Assembly: GCA_030167865.1 (NCBI GenBank)
Contig: JALAGF010003018.1
Span: forward strand, 1 to 33,258
Length of the DNA stretch: 33,258 nt
Source of the DNA: Craspedostauros australis
Lineage: Eukaryota
Reading direction: 5' to 3'
Of the stretch, positions 20,145 through 30,419 are shown piece by piece; position 1 is the stretch's first letter; each line of letters starts with the position of its first letter. A program made the position numbers and the translations under genes. The notes beneath the pieces were generated by a model that was given only the letters and a program-made list of their open reading frames with translations, searched no databases and was not told the DNA's origin.

Positions 20145-23009
20145 TCATAAGTGTGCGCTCCCCGCGACCGATGAAGGTGCAGACGAACCGTACTGCCAGC
20201 TCACATCCGGTGGGAAGATGGCGCCTCGATGAGTGGTGTTTTCGAACTTGGAACGTAGATCCTTGACGCTGCCGCGGAATTTGGCCTTGGCGGCTGCGAT
20301 GGCGGCATTGGTACTCGCGACGGGGTTGAATTGGGGTTGGTACTGCACGTTGCTCACGCCGGCTTCTGATCGAGTTGTGTCCATGATGGACGTCCTTTCT
20401 CGGAGCGACGTCAACCGGTCTCCCTTTGGCGGTGACGTTGAAACGCCGCGGAGTTTCGCCAGCATCAATCGGTTGGCGGCCTCGCGTTGCTGCCGTTCGG
20501 ATGCAGCTGAGGCTGCCGTGCGGTGGGTGGCCTGGGATGCTGGGCTGCCGCGGCTTTGTACAGCCGGAGGAGTTGTTTCGCGAGCACCGTCGTCTTCGTC
20601 ACGGCCGCTCGGTTCTGCATTTCGTTCTGAACTCCGCATGATGCTTTGCATCATGGGCTTCATCGGCGATGCGACGCCTTCATACGAGATCGTCCCCGGT
20701 CTTTGGACAGAGAACGGAGTAATCCCAAGGCGCATATTTGGATCCTCCAGCGTGGTCTCGTCATCATCCAAATCCAGATTTTCGAGACTGACTTCATTTC
20801 GATTGTCCATCGCTCGTACATGCGGGACAGGGATGTTCATGCGTTGCTCGGTTGGTGACGAGGCTGGTTCCTGCTGCTGCTGTTGTTGGTTGTGCGATCC
20901 GCTCCTTCCACTTCCGGGTGTGTACATGTCTACCTCCTTCTTCTCATCGACATGGCTGTTGTCAACGATCTGTCCATCGAAGCCGATTCTCGCAAAGCCG
21001 CGGGAGCGAATCTCGTGCTCCCTCTGGACTTGGCGTTCCTTGCGTTGCTCATACCGCTTGACGAATGTGGACAACCGTTCGACCTCCATGACAATATCGG
21101 TTGTGAGTGGCGATGCTTCCCCTTCTCGGTCCCCTTGTGTCACGCCAGCCAAATCTTCGGTCGTCCACTCGATTCCCTCTTCGGATGGTTCGTCGTCGTC
21201 GGGCATGGCGTTGGTTGGGAAGCTTCTCGCGGCAGCTTCTGCCTCCGGCGAGTTGTCAACTTCGTCACCGTATGGGAAGGATCGCGTGCCGCTATAGTCG
21301 CCGTTGCTGTCTGGTGATGGCTGCGGGGTCTTGGCGGCGAAGGGTGATGTTGGATCGTCCTGGTCTACCGACGAACCAGCCGCACCGTCTTCATCATCGG
21401 TCTTGCGCTGGAAATCTTCCCAAGCCCGCTGATCGAGCGACGCCGCCATCTGCAGCTCCTTCGCAAAGACGTCCTGCGTAACATCGTCGGATTCGTCGAC
21501 GCCATTGTAGGACGACGTTGACGATTCTTCCTCATCGGCCGCGTCGGGTATGTTCGCGTGTGGCGTGGGGGCGACTGATCGCCGGGGCGATATGCGGTTC
21601 GGCTTGAAGGCAGACGCGGGCGGTCTCGTGGAATCCGTAGCGGGCCTTTGACCACCGGTGTACGTGACGCTTTCCTTGCGCTGGCGCTTCTTGGCGAGCG
21701 ACTTTTTGCGTTTGCGATAGAAGAGGTACGCGTAGACGAAGAGCCCCGCAGTCGCGATCCCCGTGAGCGTGAAGCCAAAGATGATGGAAAGCGTTGACGG
21801 TCCTCGATCGGAATTGTCATCTGGGGCCGTTTCTTCCCGTGTTGCGTTGCTCTGCTGATCCGTGCCATCACCATCGTTGCCCTCGGTATCGGCTGTGGAC
21901 GTCAAGAATACAGAATTGGCACCAGTGACATTGGCGTCCTGCAGCACCTGACGAATGTTGTCATCCGATGTGAGACTGTTGATTTCTTGATTGACCGAAT
22001 TGCGGAATGTGTCCAAATCCACTCCACCACCCGATTGGATGTCAAACTGCACCCCGCCACCCACCTGCAGCGTGACTGGCTGGTCGGTGGAAGCGGGAGC
22101 CTGCAGCCACCTCCCGCGAACGAGCCGCCGTGTCCGCAGCGCGGTGACGAGCAAGCTGACTGCCCGCAGGTCGACGAAGTCATTCCGCAGGAGCGCCTGG
22201 AGGGTGGTTTTCAGGTAATCCTGCAGCGTAGTTTTGACCAGCTGCGTGAACTCATCCATGTCCGCCGACTTTGGCATGGGCACCTCGGCGACCTCGAAGT
22301 CCACCCTGACTGATTCCTTGATGATGTCGGCCCCGGCCTCGTCCAGAATGCGATCTGCTGCATGCAGCTGGCCCTTGCGAGTTTGGCCGTGCGACTGTTG
22401 CACTGCATGCTGCTTTCCCGATCGCTTGCCTTGCCGCGGCCATCCTTGCGCAGCTGCTTGATCCGTTAATAGCAGAGCGAACAAGAAGCAGAGCACCAGC
22501 GGCAGCTGTATTCCAGGAAAGGTGCGCCTCATCCCAGTCGGTGAGCATGGCGCGAAGGATGCGCGTGGATCTGCGCTCGTCTGCCGCCCCTCGGTCGTTG
22601 GGCTTGCGCCGTCTCCGTCAGCCACAGCAGCAGACGCAGTTGCAGCAGCGTCCATGGTGTCATTCTCATCGATGTCCACATGCATATCCGCGGGATCTTC
22701 CGTCGCCACGATCTCCGACAGCGGCAGCTGGTCGCCGCGATGGGGTTCTTCACCGCCCACAGGCAACGATTGGTCCATGTCGTCTTCCTCCCCAAGCGCA
22801 CTCGCGGCTCGTATGGCACTGGCACGACGATGATCCGAGCGCTTCGCAACTGCTTGCGAGCAAAGTGTGACACCGAAGCACTGTCTTCGCCAGCACAAGG
22901 ACGCAGCGTTGCTGGTTGTCGTCCCGACAGCTTCTCGTGATTGCTTTCTGATTCTGGGCAATTCAAGGTTCATGTATGCACTGGTACGACTACCACAGAG
23001 CATCCGCAT
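20145..23009 (-). CDS. Hypothetical membrane protein: signal-peptide-like segment, lumenal alpha/beta domain containing an R-x-L motif, one TM helix, long disordered cytosolic tail. Start uncertain (23009, 22778 or 22532)
   Basis: Long ORF. MRRTFPGIQLPLVLCFLFALLLTDQAAAQ from ATG 22532; RTRRLVRGRWLQ; TM IIFGFTLTGIATAGLFVYAYLFY (21717-21785) followed by RKRKKSLAKKRQRK. Confidence 0.82.
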   Translation of the reverse strand: MRMLCGSRTSAYMNLELPRIRKQSREAVGTTTSNAASLCWRRQCFGVTLCSQAVAKRSDHRRASAIRAASALGEEDDMDQSLPVGGEEPHRGDQLPLSEIVATEDPADMHVDIDENDTMDAAATASAAVADGDGASPTTEGRQTSADPRASFAPCSPTGMRRTFPGIQLPLVLCFLFALLLTDQAAAQGWPRQGKRSGKQHAVQQSHGQTRKGQLHAADRILDEAGADIIKESVRVDFEVAEVPMPKSADMDEFTQLVKTTLQDYLKTTLQALLRNDFVDLRAVSLLVTALRTRRLVRGRWLQAPASTDQPVTLQVGGGVQFDIQSGGGVDLDTFRNSVNQEINSLTSDDNIRQVLQDANVTGANSVFLTSTADTEGNDGDGTDQQSNATREETAPDDNSDRGPSTLSIIFGFTLTGIATAGLFVYAYLFYRKRKKSLAKKRQRKESVTYTGGQRPATDSTRPPASAFKPNRISPRRSVAPTPHANIPDAADEEESSTSSYNGVDESDDVTQDVFAKELQMAASLDQRAWEDFQRKTDDEDGAAGSSVDQDDPTSPFAAKTPQPSPDSNGDYSGTRSFPYGDEVDNSPEAEAAARSFPTNAMPDDDEPSEEGIEWTTEDLAGVTQGDREGEASPLTTDIVMEVERLSTFVKRYEQRKERQVQREHEIRSRGFARIGFDGQIVDNSHVDEKKEVDMYTPGSGRSGSHNQQQQQQEPASSPTEQRMNIPVPHVRAMDNRNEVSLENLDLDDDETTLEDPNMRLGITPFSVQRPGTISYEGVASPMKPMMQSIMRSSERNAEPSGRDEDDGARETTPPAVQSRGSPASQATHRTAASAASERQQREAANRLMLAKLRGVSTSPPKGDRLTSLRERTSIMDTTRSEAGVSNVQYQPQFNPVASTNAAIAAAKAKFRGSVKDLRSKFENTTHRGAIFPPDVSWQYGSSAPSSVAGSAHL

Positions 23010-23621
23010 CGTCTGTTGTCAAGAGTGCCTTTGCGAACAGAGAGCAGGGGCAGACCGCGTGCTGGTATCGATGTTGGGTTTGTTTGGCGCCATCCCATCC
23101 AACACCAGTGCCAACACCCTTGGTCCGCAAAGACTCGTTGCCTCGCCTGTTGGCCGTGTGACATCCCCACGCACGCATCATGGTCGTTTGGGCAAACAGC
23201 AAGAATTTCGAGTTGTCTGCTCCATTCGTGTGGAGCCTCGTGCCATGTCGCAGGCGTCCTGCCTGCTCACATTGTTACCGTTGTGCTCTTCTTTTTGAAT
23301 TTCGCCTTTCCGCGGATAACCGCTGCATTGGTGGCATTTCGCTTCACCAATTTGTCACATGGGACATCACCGAATTGTCGGGGCAGTAAGAAGGGGAACG
23401 CACAGCTGCATAGAACGAAAGCCAATCACGAGCCGACAACTTTTGATCCGCTGGGTCGCATGCTACGGACATCCGCAACAGAATCAAACGATGAAACGGA
23501 CACAACCAATCAACGGCCTCTTGTCAATCTTGAATTTCACCCCAACTCCCAAACATCCACAAGAATCATTTGACACAACCAAACGCCAACCACACAAAAC
23601 TCACACATCGCAGACGAGAGC

Positions 23622-23654
23622 ACTATACGTGGACTATACGTGGACTATACGTGG
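23622..23654. repeat. Perfect 11-nt tandem repeat (ACTATACGTGG) x3
   Basis: actatacgtgg actatacgtgg actatacgtgg, read directly; lies between two divergent genes. Confidence 0.95.
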
Positions 23655-23816
23655 AACAGGTCGTACTCTGCATACCCAAACGCAGTCGCTGTGAGACAAG
23701 GAGACAGAGAGGCACTAGCGAACACAACGACAAGCGCAACAGGCGCAACTGGCGCAACAGCACAATAGCTAACAGCCGGCATTACTCTGCGCGATCATCG
23801 GTAGAGAGGTTCCACC

Positions 23817-26800
23817 ATGTCGTTCATCCCACCTCTATCATCGACGACCGCGGTCCCGGCGTTCGTCGTTGAGCAGCAGCTGCCTCCTTCAATCAGCAAG
23901 GTCAAGAAGGATGGCCAGCACGGAAGCGGATCAGCAGCGGGATCGGCATCCGGAGGATCCTCCTCTCAGACGCAAGGAGCGAGCGGGACGACCAAGGGCG
24001 GGGACTCCAGCAGCGCCATGGCCGGGATTGTGGCCTCAGCTATGGCATCCCTCAACAAGTCATTCCTCTTGGGCCTGCCTTCCACGGCAGCTCTCAACAA
24101 GGTGGGATCGGTGGTCGATCAGGTGCAGCAGCTCGAGCTGGAGGCATGCGCTTGTCCGCATCTGCAGGAGCATCTCCCGCACGCCCTCAAGCTCGACATT
24201 GCCAGGGCCCCGGCCCACCCCAGAGGATGGGTTGTGGCGAATCCCATCCATGATCTCCACCTTGCCTCGCAGCTCGATGATCCCTTTCTCTCATCATCAT
24301 CAGCCCGAACATCTTCCAGGTCCATGCACGCATCGGGATCATCGGCAGCGGGGTCGTTCTCAGCTTCGGCATCGTCATCGATGGCACAACCGTCGATGCA
24401 CTCCTCCGCAGCAGGCACTTCTCATCATTCATCGCGCACCGAATCGAGCTCTCAGCCTTACTCCACCACGTCCATGGCAATGCCATCGTCATCGTCATCT
24501 GGACCAGACGTGCCGGTCTTCAATAGGAGACCACCCAGCACACTATACGGCGAAGAACAACAGAGAATGCTTGCCATGATGGTGGATGGCATCGCCGAGG
24601 CCTGGTGTCCCGTCACCGTGGATTCGTCCATCATTGAGATTCCGCGGGATTTCTCGTCAGATGACGAAGATATGGAGGCACGCCCCACGAAGAAACGCAA
24701 ATCCAAGCCATTGGTACCGCCCAACCGTTCGCAGACGACAAAGCCGCCTGCATTCAAGATCACGCCCACCAAGACGTCGTCCGCGAAACCCAAAAAGGCA
24801 GACGATAAACGAGCAACACCAACAACGGCAGCTTCGACAAAGGTGAAAGGAAAGGCAGATGAGAAAACGGGTGGCTCAAAGTCGACAGCAAAACCAACGC
24901 AGGTGCTATCCTCGTCGTCTCCGAAGACATCGCAGACTGGATCTCAACCAAAGGCCAAACTCGAGAACGATGCAAAGAAAACGAAAGGCAAATCGACGTC
25001 TCAATCCTCCAAGCAAAGCGAGAAAGATGCATCTCCAACACCCATGGAGGTGGAATCCACCGATGCGCAGGGCAAGCCATCAAAGAAAGATGAATCTCCG
25101 ATCAAAGAGAAGTCCAAGCCAGATCTTATCCCTTCCTCCGAAGACTCCAAGAAAGAACAGGGAGAAGACCCCAATGCCAAGACGGCAGCTGATGATGATG
25201 ATGGAGAGGATGCGAAGAAGGCAACGTCCGCCAAAGAGGCATCCAAGGATAGCACGGATAATCTACGCGCAAGAAGCAAGAGCAGCGATGCTGATGACAC
25301 AGAGAATACTGAAAAGACCAGAGATGCCAAAAAGGAGGAAAAGGAAAAACCCAAAGGTGCGAATGAAGCGCAAGACAACCTGAAAGCAGACATGAAGGTA
25401 GATGCCAAGGACGATGTCAAGGTGAGTGCCAAGGAAAACGACAAGAAAGATGAGAAGAAAGGCGTCGATGAAACTGCAAAAGAAGACGCCACGGTAAATT
25501 CCAAGGAGGATGCAAAGGCAGACACCGAGGAGGACTCGAAATCAGATGCCAAGGCAGACACCAAGGAGGATTTGAAGCCAGATATCACGGCTGACACAAA
25601 GGCACATGCCAAAGATGCCAACGAAGAAGCAAAGGCAGATGACGAAGCAACCACGAAGGCAGGCGATGAAGCAGACACAAAGGCAGACACCAAGAAAGAT
25701 GCAAAATCAGCAGAAACATCAACGTCAAAACCTGATGCACAACCAAATCCAAAGCCGGCGATGAGCATTCCAGGTGCCAAGACTGGCAATCTAGCCACAG
25801 ATGCAAGGGCAGATACAGGCGCAGATACAGGCGCGAGTACAAGTACAAGTACAAGCGCAAAGGAACGCACTGAGAAGGAAAGCACGGATAAGGAAAAGAA
25901 GGATCCGAAGACGACAACGGATGACTCCAGCGTTGTCCCCATGGAAACCACTTCGACATCGGATGTCAAACCAACTTCCGCTTCAGCCACCACCAAGGCC
26001 GGTCAGAGCAAAAAGTCTGATGTTGTGTCGGACAAGAAACAAGCCAACGCAACCGCAATCTCACAATCCAAACTAAAGGTGAAGCAGAAGAAGCGGTTGA
26101 CATTGCAACCTGTGGGTTCCACGCCACCAAAGGTGCAGTCCTTATCGCAGACCGCGGTGCCTTCGAAAGATGCTAGTGCCGACGTCGTCACAAGCATGGT
26201 TGGTGTGACAAAACCGCCTATTCAGGATGCCTTGACTACGCCATTCATGCCGGAAGGTCGCTACTACGAGCTTCGCGTGGAGGAGGAACGGATTGATTCC
26301 ATACGCCGTGCTGCTTTCTCTCGCAGAATCAAGAAGAAGGCATCTGTCAAGGTCAAGCGCAAGCGGGATGGCGATCAGTACCGCGCAGCTCTGTTGGCAG
26401 CATTGAGGCCAGATTCTCAGATTTCGATCCCCACAACGGAGCAACCCAAGTGGCAAGCTGTGAGAGACGCCAGCTGGTCGCAGGTGGAGAGATGGATGCA
26501 GGCCTTCCGACAGTGCGTCCTGACCAACCAAGCGGAAGTTAAGCACGAGCAACGACAGATGCAGCATAGCTCATTCTATTTGCACCCCAACGGAGGCGGC
26601 ACTTCGCCACTGCGAATGTGCTCGATATGCACGAATCGAAAAATGACGACGACGACGACGAAATCGCGCCAAGGGGGAAACGGCGCAACCAAGCATTCAT
26701 CCAAAGCACTTCCACTGTTGACCGGAGACGAAATTATGCAGTGTCTGGAGTGCTCCTTTTTGGCATGCGCGCCACGATCGATGTCGGGGTCCTCGCGGCA

Positions 26801-28574
26801 GCACATGCTGACGCACATGCTCATGTCGGGCCACAACTTTGCTGTCACCTGCGGGCCCAAGAGCAAGGTGTATTGCTTCAAGTGCGGCGACTTCGTTTAC
26901 CACCCCGTCTTCGAACAAGAGCGGCAAAGGCTGGAGTACGAAGCCGCGCTCCCATCCTGCACGTGGTCCGAGGTCATGGTACGCCGATCCTTCGACGCCT
27001 TTCAATTCATGAAGACCCCCGACCAAGGCATCGTGTGGCGTGGACTGATCGCCTCGTACCCACAGGCCGTCCCGAAGGAGCACCTGCTGGCATCGCAGCT
27101 CATCATGAGACGCACGTACCTCTTTCAGGGCCGCACGGCCGAACGCTGCTTGTTCACACGGCCGCTGGCAATCAACTTTTGCATCGAACGAGCCAGGCAG
27201 CTGCTCAGCGGGGATCGAAAGCGCCCGATGATCTGCGCTCCTGTGGGCATGTTCAACTTGGGCAACACCTGCTTCCAAACCGCCGTCTTGCAATGCCTGG
27301 TCCACAGTGTTCCCTTGCAGAAATTCTTCCTCGACGAGGTCGGTCATCACCACTCCGCGTGCTTCATCTACAGGCAACGGGCTGCCGAGGAAATGAAGTT
27401 CAAGCACGATGGCAAGATCAAGAAGAAGGACAAGGCCAAGGTCACAGCGAGCGCCAACGTCATCTGCCTCGCTTGCGAGATGGACCGGCTGATGCTGTCT
27501 TACTTCGGCAGCTCCACCGGCAGGGACATTTACGCCGTCCTCGAGGATACGACGCGCCCATTGCTCGTGAGCGCCATCAAGGATGCTCGCGAACCCATCG
27601 TGGAAAAGTCCGTGCTGCAGGGCGAGCCGTTGATCACCTCCGATCTGCTGACTGCCGCATGGAAGAGCGGTGGGATGGACCATTTAGCGGGGTACGAGCA
27701 GCATGATGCGCAAGAATTCCTACATTCATTTTTGGATCTGCTGTGCAAGCACATGAAATCACACCAGAAGCGCGTCCATGCATCCATCAACAGCCTTGTG
27801 CCATCCAAGGACTACCAGCAGAAAGTGAAGGAACGACAGCAGCAAGACCAGACGAAGAGTTCCGCGTCAGGTGCCACGAAGAGAGCTGGGGATGGCGATG
27901 GCAGCGCGGACATCGTCAAACGATTATTTGAGGGGATGTTGCGTTCTGTCCTGGTGTGCAACGAGTGCGGTGGTAAGCGCGTTATGCTGGAGCCCTTCCT
28001 GAACATCTCGCTGACCTTGTCAGAGGAGGTGGAGCGACTTGAGGCGGAGAACCGCGGCAAGCACGACCCGGACGCCGTCTCCATCAGCATTGAGAGCTGC
28101 TTGGATCATTTCATTCTGCCGGAGAAGCTCGGCGATTCTGTGTTCTGCCCAACCTGCAAGGCCAAGACTGCAACGCAGAAGCAGCACACGGTGTCGAAGC
28201 TGCCGCAAATCCTGTGCCTGCAACTCAAACGGTTCGATGCGTCGCGCAATCGCAAGATCAACAACTACGTATCTTTCCCAGCCAAAGGCCTCAACATGGG
28301 TCCGCTGCTGTCGCATTGGTGCGAGGTCAGCAGCAGCATCGCTGCTCCATCCACCACAGATCCGCCAGATGGCTCTGCTGCAAATGCTCGAGTCGCATAC
28401 AGACTGTACGGGACAGTAAATCACATTGGCACGATGCAAAGTGGTCACTACGTATCGAACGTAAAGGTGGACGATCAATGGTATCACTGCAACGACGCGA
28501 TCGTCACCAGAAGCCAAGAGACCGACGTGCTGGACTCCGAGGGGGCCTATCTTCTGTTTTACATTCGCGAATAG
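23817..28574 (+). CDS. Ubiquitin-specific protease, USP22/Ubp8-like (ZnF-UBP + USP catalytic domain), with ~930-aa mostly low-complexity N-terminal extension
   Basis: ZnF-UBP: CSIC..CLECSFLAC..HMLTH..H..VYCFKCGDFVY. Cys box GMFNLGNTCFQTAVLQ (C1152); CLACEM; YEQHDAQEF; LCLQLKRF; His box YGTVNHIG..SGHYV..WYHCND (H1544). caccATG start context. Subfamily assignment is less certain than the USP call. Confidence 0.93.
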   Translation: MSFIPPLSSTTAVPAFVVEQQLPPSISKVKKDGQHGSGSAAGSASGGSSSQTQGASGTTKGGDSSSAMAGIVASAMASLNKSFLLGLPSTAALNKVGSVVDQVQQLELEACACPHLQEHLPHALKLDIARAPAHPRGWVVANPIHDLHLASQLDDPFLSSSSARTSSRSMHASGSSAAGSFSASASSSMAQPSMHSSAAGTSHHSSRTESSSQPYSTTSMAMPSSSSSGPDVPVFNRRPPSTLYGEEQQRMLAMMVDGIAEAWCPVTVDSSIIEIPRDFSSDDEDMEARPTKKRKSKPLVPPNRSQTTKPPAFKITPTKTSSAKPKKADDKRATPTTAASTKVKGKADEKTGGSKSTAKPTQVLSSSSPKTSQTGSQPKAKLENDAKKTKGKSTSQSSKQSEKDASPTPMEVESTDAQGKPSKKDESPIKEKSKPDLIPSSEDSKKEQGEDPNAKTAADDDDGEDAKKATSAKEASKDSTDNLRARSKSSDADDTENTEKTRDAKKEEKEKPKGANEAQDNLKADMKVDAKDDVKVSAKENDKKDEKKGVDETAKEDATVNSKEDAKADTEEDSKSDAKADTKEDLKPDITADTKAHAKDANEEAKADDEATTKAGDEADTKADTKKDAKSAETSTSKPDAQPNPKPAMSIPGAKTGNLATDARADTGADTGASTSTSTSAKERTEKESTDKEKKDPKTTTDDSSVVPMETTSTSDVKPTSASATTKAGQSKKSDVVSDKKQANATAISQSKLKVKQKKRLTLQPVGSTPPKVQSLSQTAVPSKDASADVVTSMVGVTKPPIQDALTTPFMPEGRYYELRVEEERIDSIRRAAFSRRIKKKASVKVKRKRDGDQYRAALLAALRPDSQISIPTTEQPKWQAVRDASWSQVERWMQAFRQCVLTNQAEVKHEQRQMQHSSFYLHPNGGGTSPLRMCSICTNRKMTTTTTKSRQGGNGATKHSSKALPLLTGDEIMQCLECSFLACAPRSMSGSSRQHMLTHMLMSGHNFAVTCGPKSKVYCFKCGDFVYHPVFEQERQRLEYEAALPSCTWSEVMVRRSFDAFQFMKTPDQGIVWRGLIASYPQAVPKEHLLASQLIMRRTYLFQGRTAERCLFTRPLAINFCIERARQLLSGDRKRPMICAPVGMFNLGNTCFQTAVLQCLVHSVPLQKFFLDEVGHHHSACFIYRQRAAEEMKFKHDGKIKKKDKAKVTASANVICLACEMDRLMLSYFGSSTGRDIYAVLEDTTRPLLVSAIKDAREPIVEKSVLQGEPLITSDLLTAAWKSGGMDHLAGYEQHDAQEFLHSFLDLLCKHMKSHQKRVHASINSLVPSKDYQQKVKERQQQDQTKSSASGATKRAGDGDGSADIVKRLFEGMLRSVLVCNECGGKRVMLEPFLNISLTLSEEVERLEAENRGKHDPDAVSISIESCLDHFILPEKLGDSVFCPTCKAKTATQKQHTVSKLPQILCLQLKRFDASRNRKINNYVSFPAKGLNMGPLLSHWCEVSSSIAAPSTTDPPDGSAANARVAYRLYGTVNHIGTMQSGHYVSNVKVDDQWYHCNDAIVTRSQETDVLDSEGAYLLFYIRE
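25380..25860 (+). repeat. Coding minisatellite-like degenerate 12-nt periodic repeat (KAD[TM]/KED[AS]/D[AT]K tetrapeptides) inside the USP gene
   Basis: Recurrent gatgc(a/c)aaggcagacacc(a/g)aggagga units, plus gcagatacaggc x2 and agtaca x3. Confidence 0.7.
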
Positions 28575-29597
28575 AGTGGGGTGGTTATTGTCCAGCACTT
28601 TTGTTATTTCTCAGCCACATATGTGCAAGTGCTCCAATGTTCTCGTATGTACACAGATGTACGCATACCATGGCTGGTATTCAACACTGAGACAGGAGTG
28701 TCTAGAGTATTGCGTATTACAGCCGACAGAGCAGGGTACAACATGTTGCTGCAGCCTATTCGTAGCGTGATGGGGATACTTTCATCGCGCAGGTTTTGTG
28801 GAGCAGACAATTAGGTGAATGAAAGAGTGGTTGGATCCTCATAGAGTATTAGTACATGCGGGCATGAAGAACTTGTGATGTTGCAGCGGGATTCAATGCA
28901 TGGCAAAAAATCGTGAGGTCGGCGTGTACATACGAGAAGAGTACGCAGCGTGAATTCCTCCAGGCTCGGCCCCTCGAGGAAAGCGTAATGAACGTGAGAT
29001 GCACGAACATCGGAGGGTTAGACTGCACGTGGAGTATGTACAAGTATGGTGTATGGCATGCAAAGTTGTTGAATGTAATGTAACAGCGCATGGAAGTGGT
29101 CACGGTGTAAGTTCATCTTGTTGTCGCGATCCAAGTCATCCATACTGGTACGTCACCGCCTATGGACATGAAAAGAGAAGAAGAAGAATCGGTAAAGCGT
29201 CCCGTGAAGAAGTAAGAGGTAAGTTTGTAGAATCATCGCACAAGTATGACATGCATGGTGCATTTGTGTCTGTGCATGTATAGTTGGGTGAGATTGTTAG
29301 GTTGTCAGCGAGGATATCATAATTGTGTCGAAAGTTGTTTTTGATGATTGTTTGTGGAAGCACGCGTTCACGATGATGAAAGGAAAAGTATGAAACGTGG
29401 CGCAACGCACGATCATGAAGAGCGATTCCTTGCAACGGCGTGAGATCGATGCACGGTTGCAGCATGGCATTCATTGGTGAGGATGTGGAGTAGAGCAAGC
29501 CGAAGCATTGCATGTGTTACGTGGTATCAGAGATCACAGAATGGTGCGCGTCAGTGCAAGTTTGAGGTCGAAGTCTGATTGTGAAGCGGCAAGCCGT

Positions 29598-30419
29598 TTA
29601 GCTCTGCTGCGTCATCCATGCTGGCAGATTTGAGACCTTGCGCACGCTCGAGTCCCGTGCCGGTGGAGCTGCGGCCGCAGCTGGTGATGCCTGCGCAGCT
29701 TGCGGGGGCACGTGAGCTGATGCGGAAGTTAGTGTCGCTCCCGTTCCAGGGGCTGCGCCCTGACCCTGTGTCCCAGGTGACGAAGGCGGCGCGGTGATAC
29801 CCTGTGGATTGACACCGTAGGGATTCGGGGTGCCGGGCACTGGTGACCACGCGCCGAAATACTTCCTTGCGGCCTCTTCACCGTAGTAGTACATGTAGCG
29901 GAAGAACTGCTCGTGGTACTGATTAGTCGTCTGCGCTGGCGGAGCTGGAGCGGCTGCCTGCTGGGCAACAGCCTGCCCTGGCGCCATGCCGTGCCCGCCA
30001 TGTTGCTGTTGCTGTCCCCCATGGTATCCCTGCCATTGGTGCGCGTTTTGGTTCTGCTGATGTGGCTGTTGGTGGTGAGGTTGTCCTCCCATGGGGCCGT
30101 TCCCGTAGTGATTGGTGTGGGGAGTGTACTGGCTGGTGCGGTGTTGGTAGTGACCCCCGGCCTGGTGGCGTTGGTTGAATGGTGCCCCGTGTCCTGTGCC
30201 AGCTGTCACGGATGACGACGATTGCTCGGCAACGATGCGGTCGATCATCCCTTTCACCATGTCAATGCCTTCCTTGCTTCCTGACACTGTCGCCAAACGG
30301 TGCATCTGGCCTGGCGCCGGGTGTGGAGGGATCTGGATCCTCGTGTTGGATTTGCGTTGCATCTCCTTGATCACGCAACCTTGCCGACCGATGCACAGTC
30401 CCACGTCCTTGTCCGGGAT
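29598..30419 (-). CDS. KH-domain RNA-binding protein exon 3 (last KH, Q/G/H/P-rich region, Tyr-rich motif, NLPAWM tail)
   Basis: gcag|IPDKDVGLCIGRQGCVIKEMQRKSNTRIQI; YHEQFFRYMYYYGEEAARKYFGAW; RKVSNLPAWMTQQS*. Confidence 0.9.
   Translation of the reverse strand: MPDKDVGLCIGRQGCVIKEMQRKSNTRIQIPPHPAPGQMHRLATVSGSKEGIDMVKGMIDRIVAEQSSSSVTAGTGHGAPFNQRHQAGGHYQHRTSQYTPHTNHYGNGPMGGQPHHQQPHQQNQNAHQWQGYHGGQQQQHGGHGMAPGQAVAQQAAAPAPPAQTTNQYHEQFFRYMYYYGEEAARKYFGAWSPVPGTPNPYGVNPQGITAPPSSPGTQGQGAAPGTGATLTSASAHVPPQAAQASPAAAAAPPARDSSVRKVSNLPAWMTQQS

Noticed and set aside
23622-23654. Direct repeats considered as a CRISPR array
   Set aside because: No spacers, 11-nt unit, eukaryotic context, no cas genes.
25001-27706. 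Long alternative-frame and antisense ORFs (331, 362 and 328 aa) within the USP gene
   Set aside because: Shadows of a repetitive or GC-rich coding region; no independent domain evidence.
29522-29532. TGGTATCAGAG, similar to a tRNA(iMet) primer-binding site
   Set aside because: Lies just downstream of the KH gene stop with no LTR or retroelement ORF.
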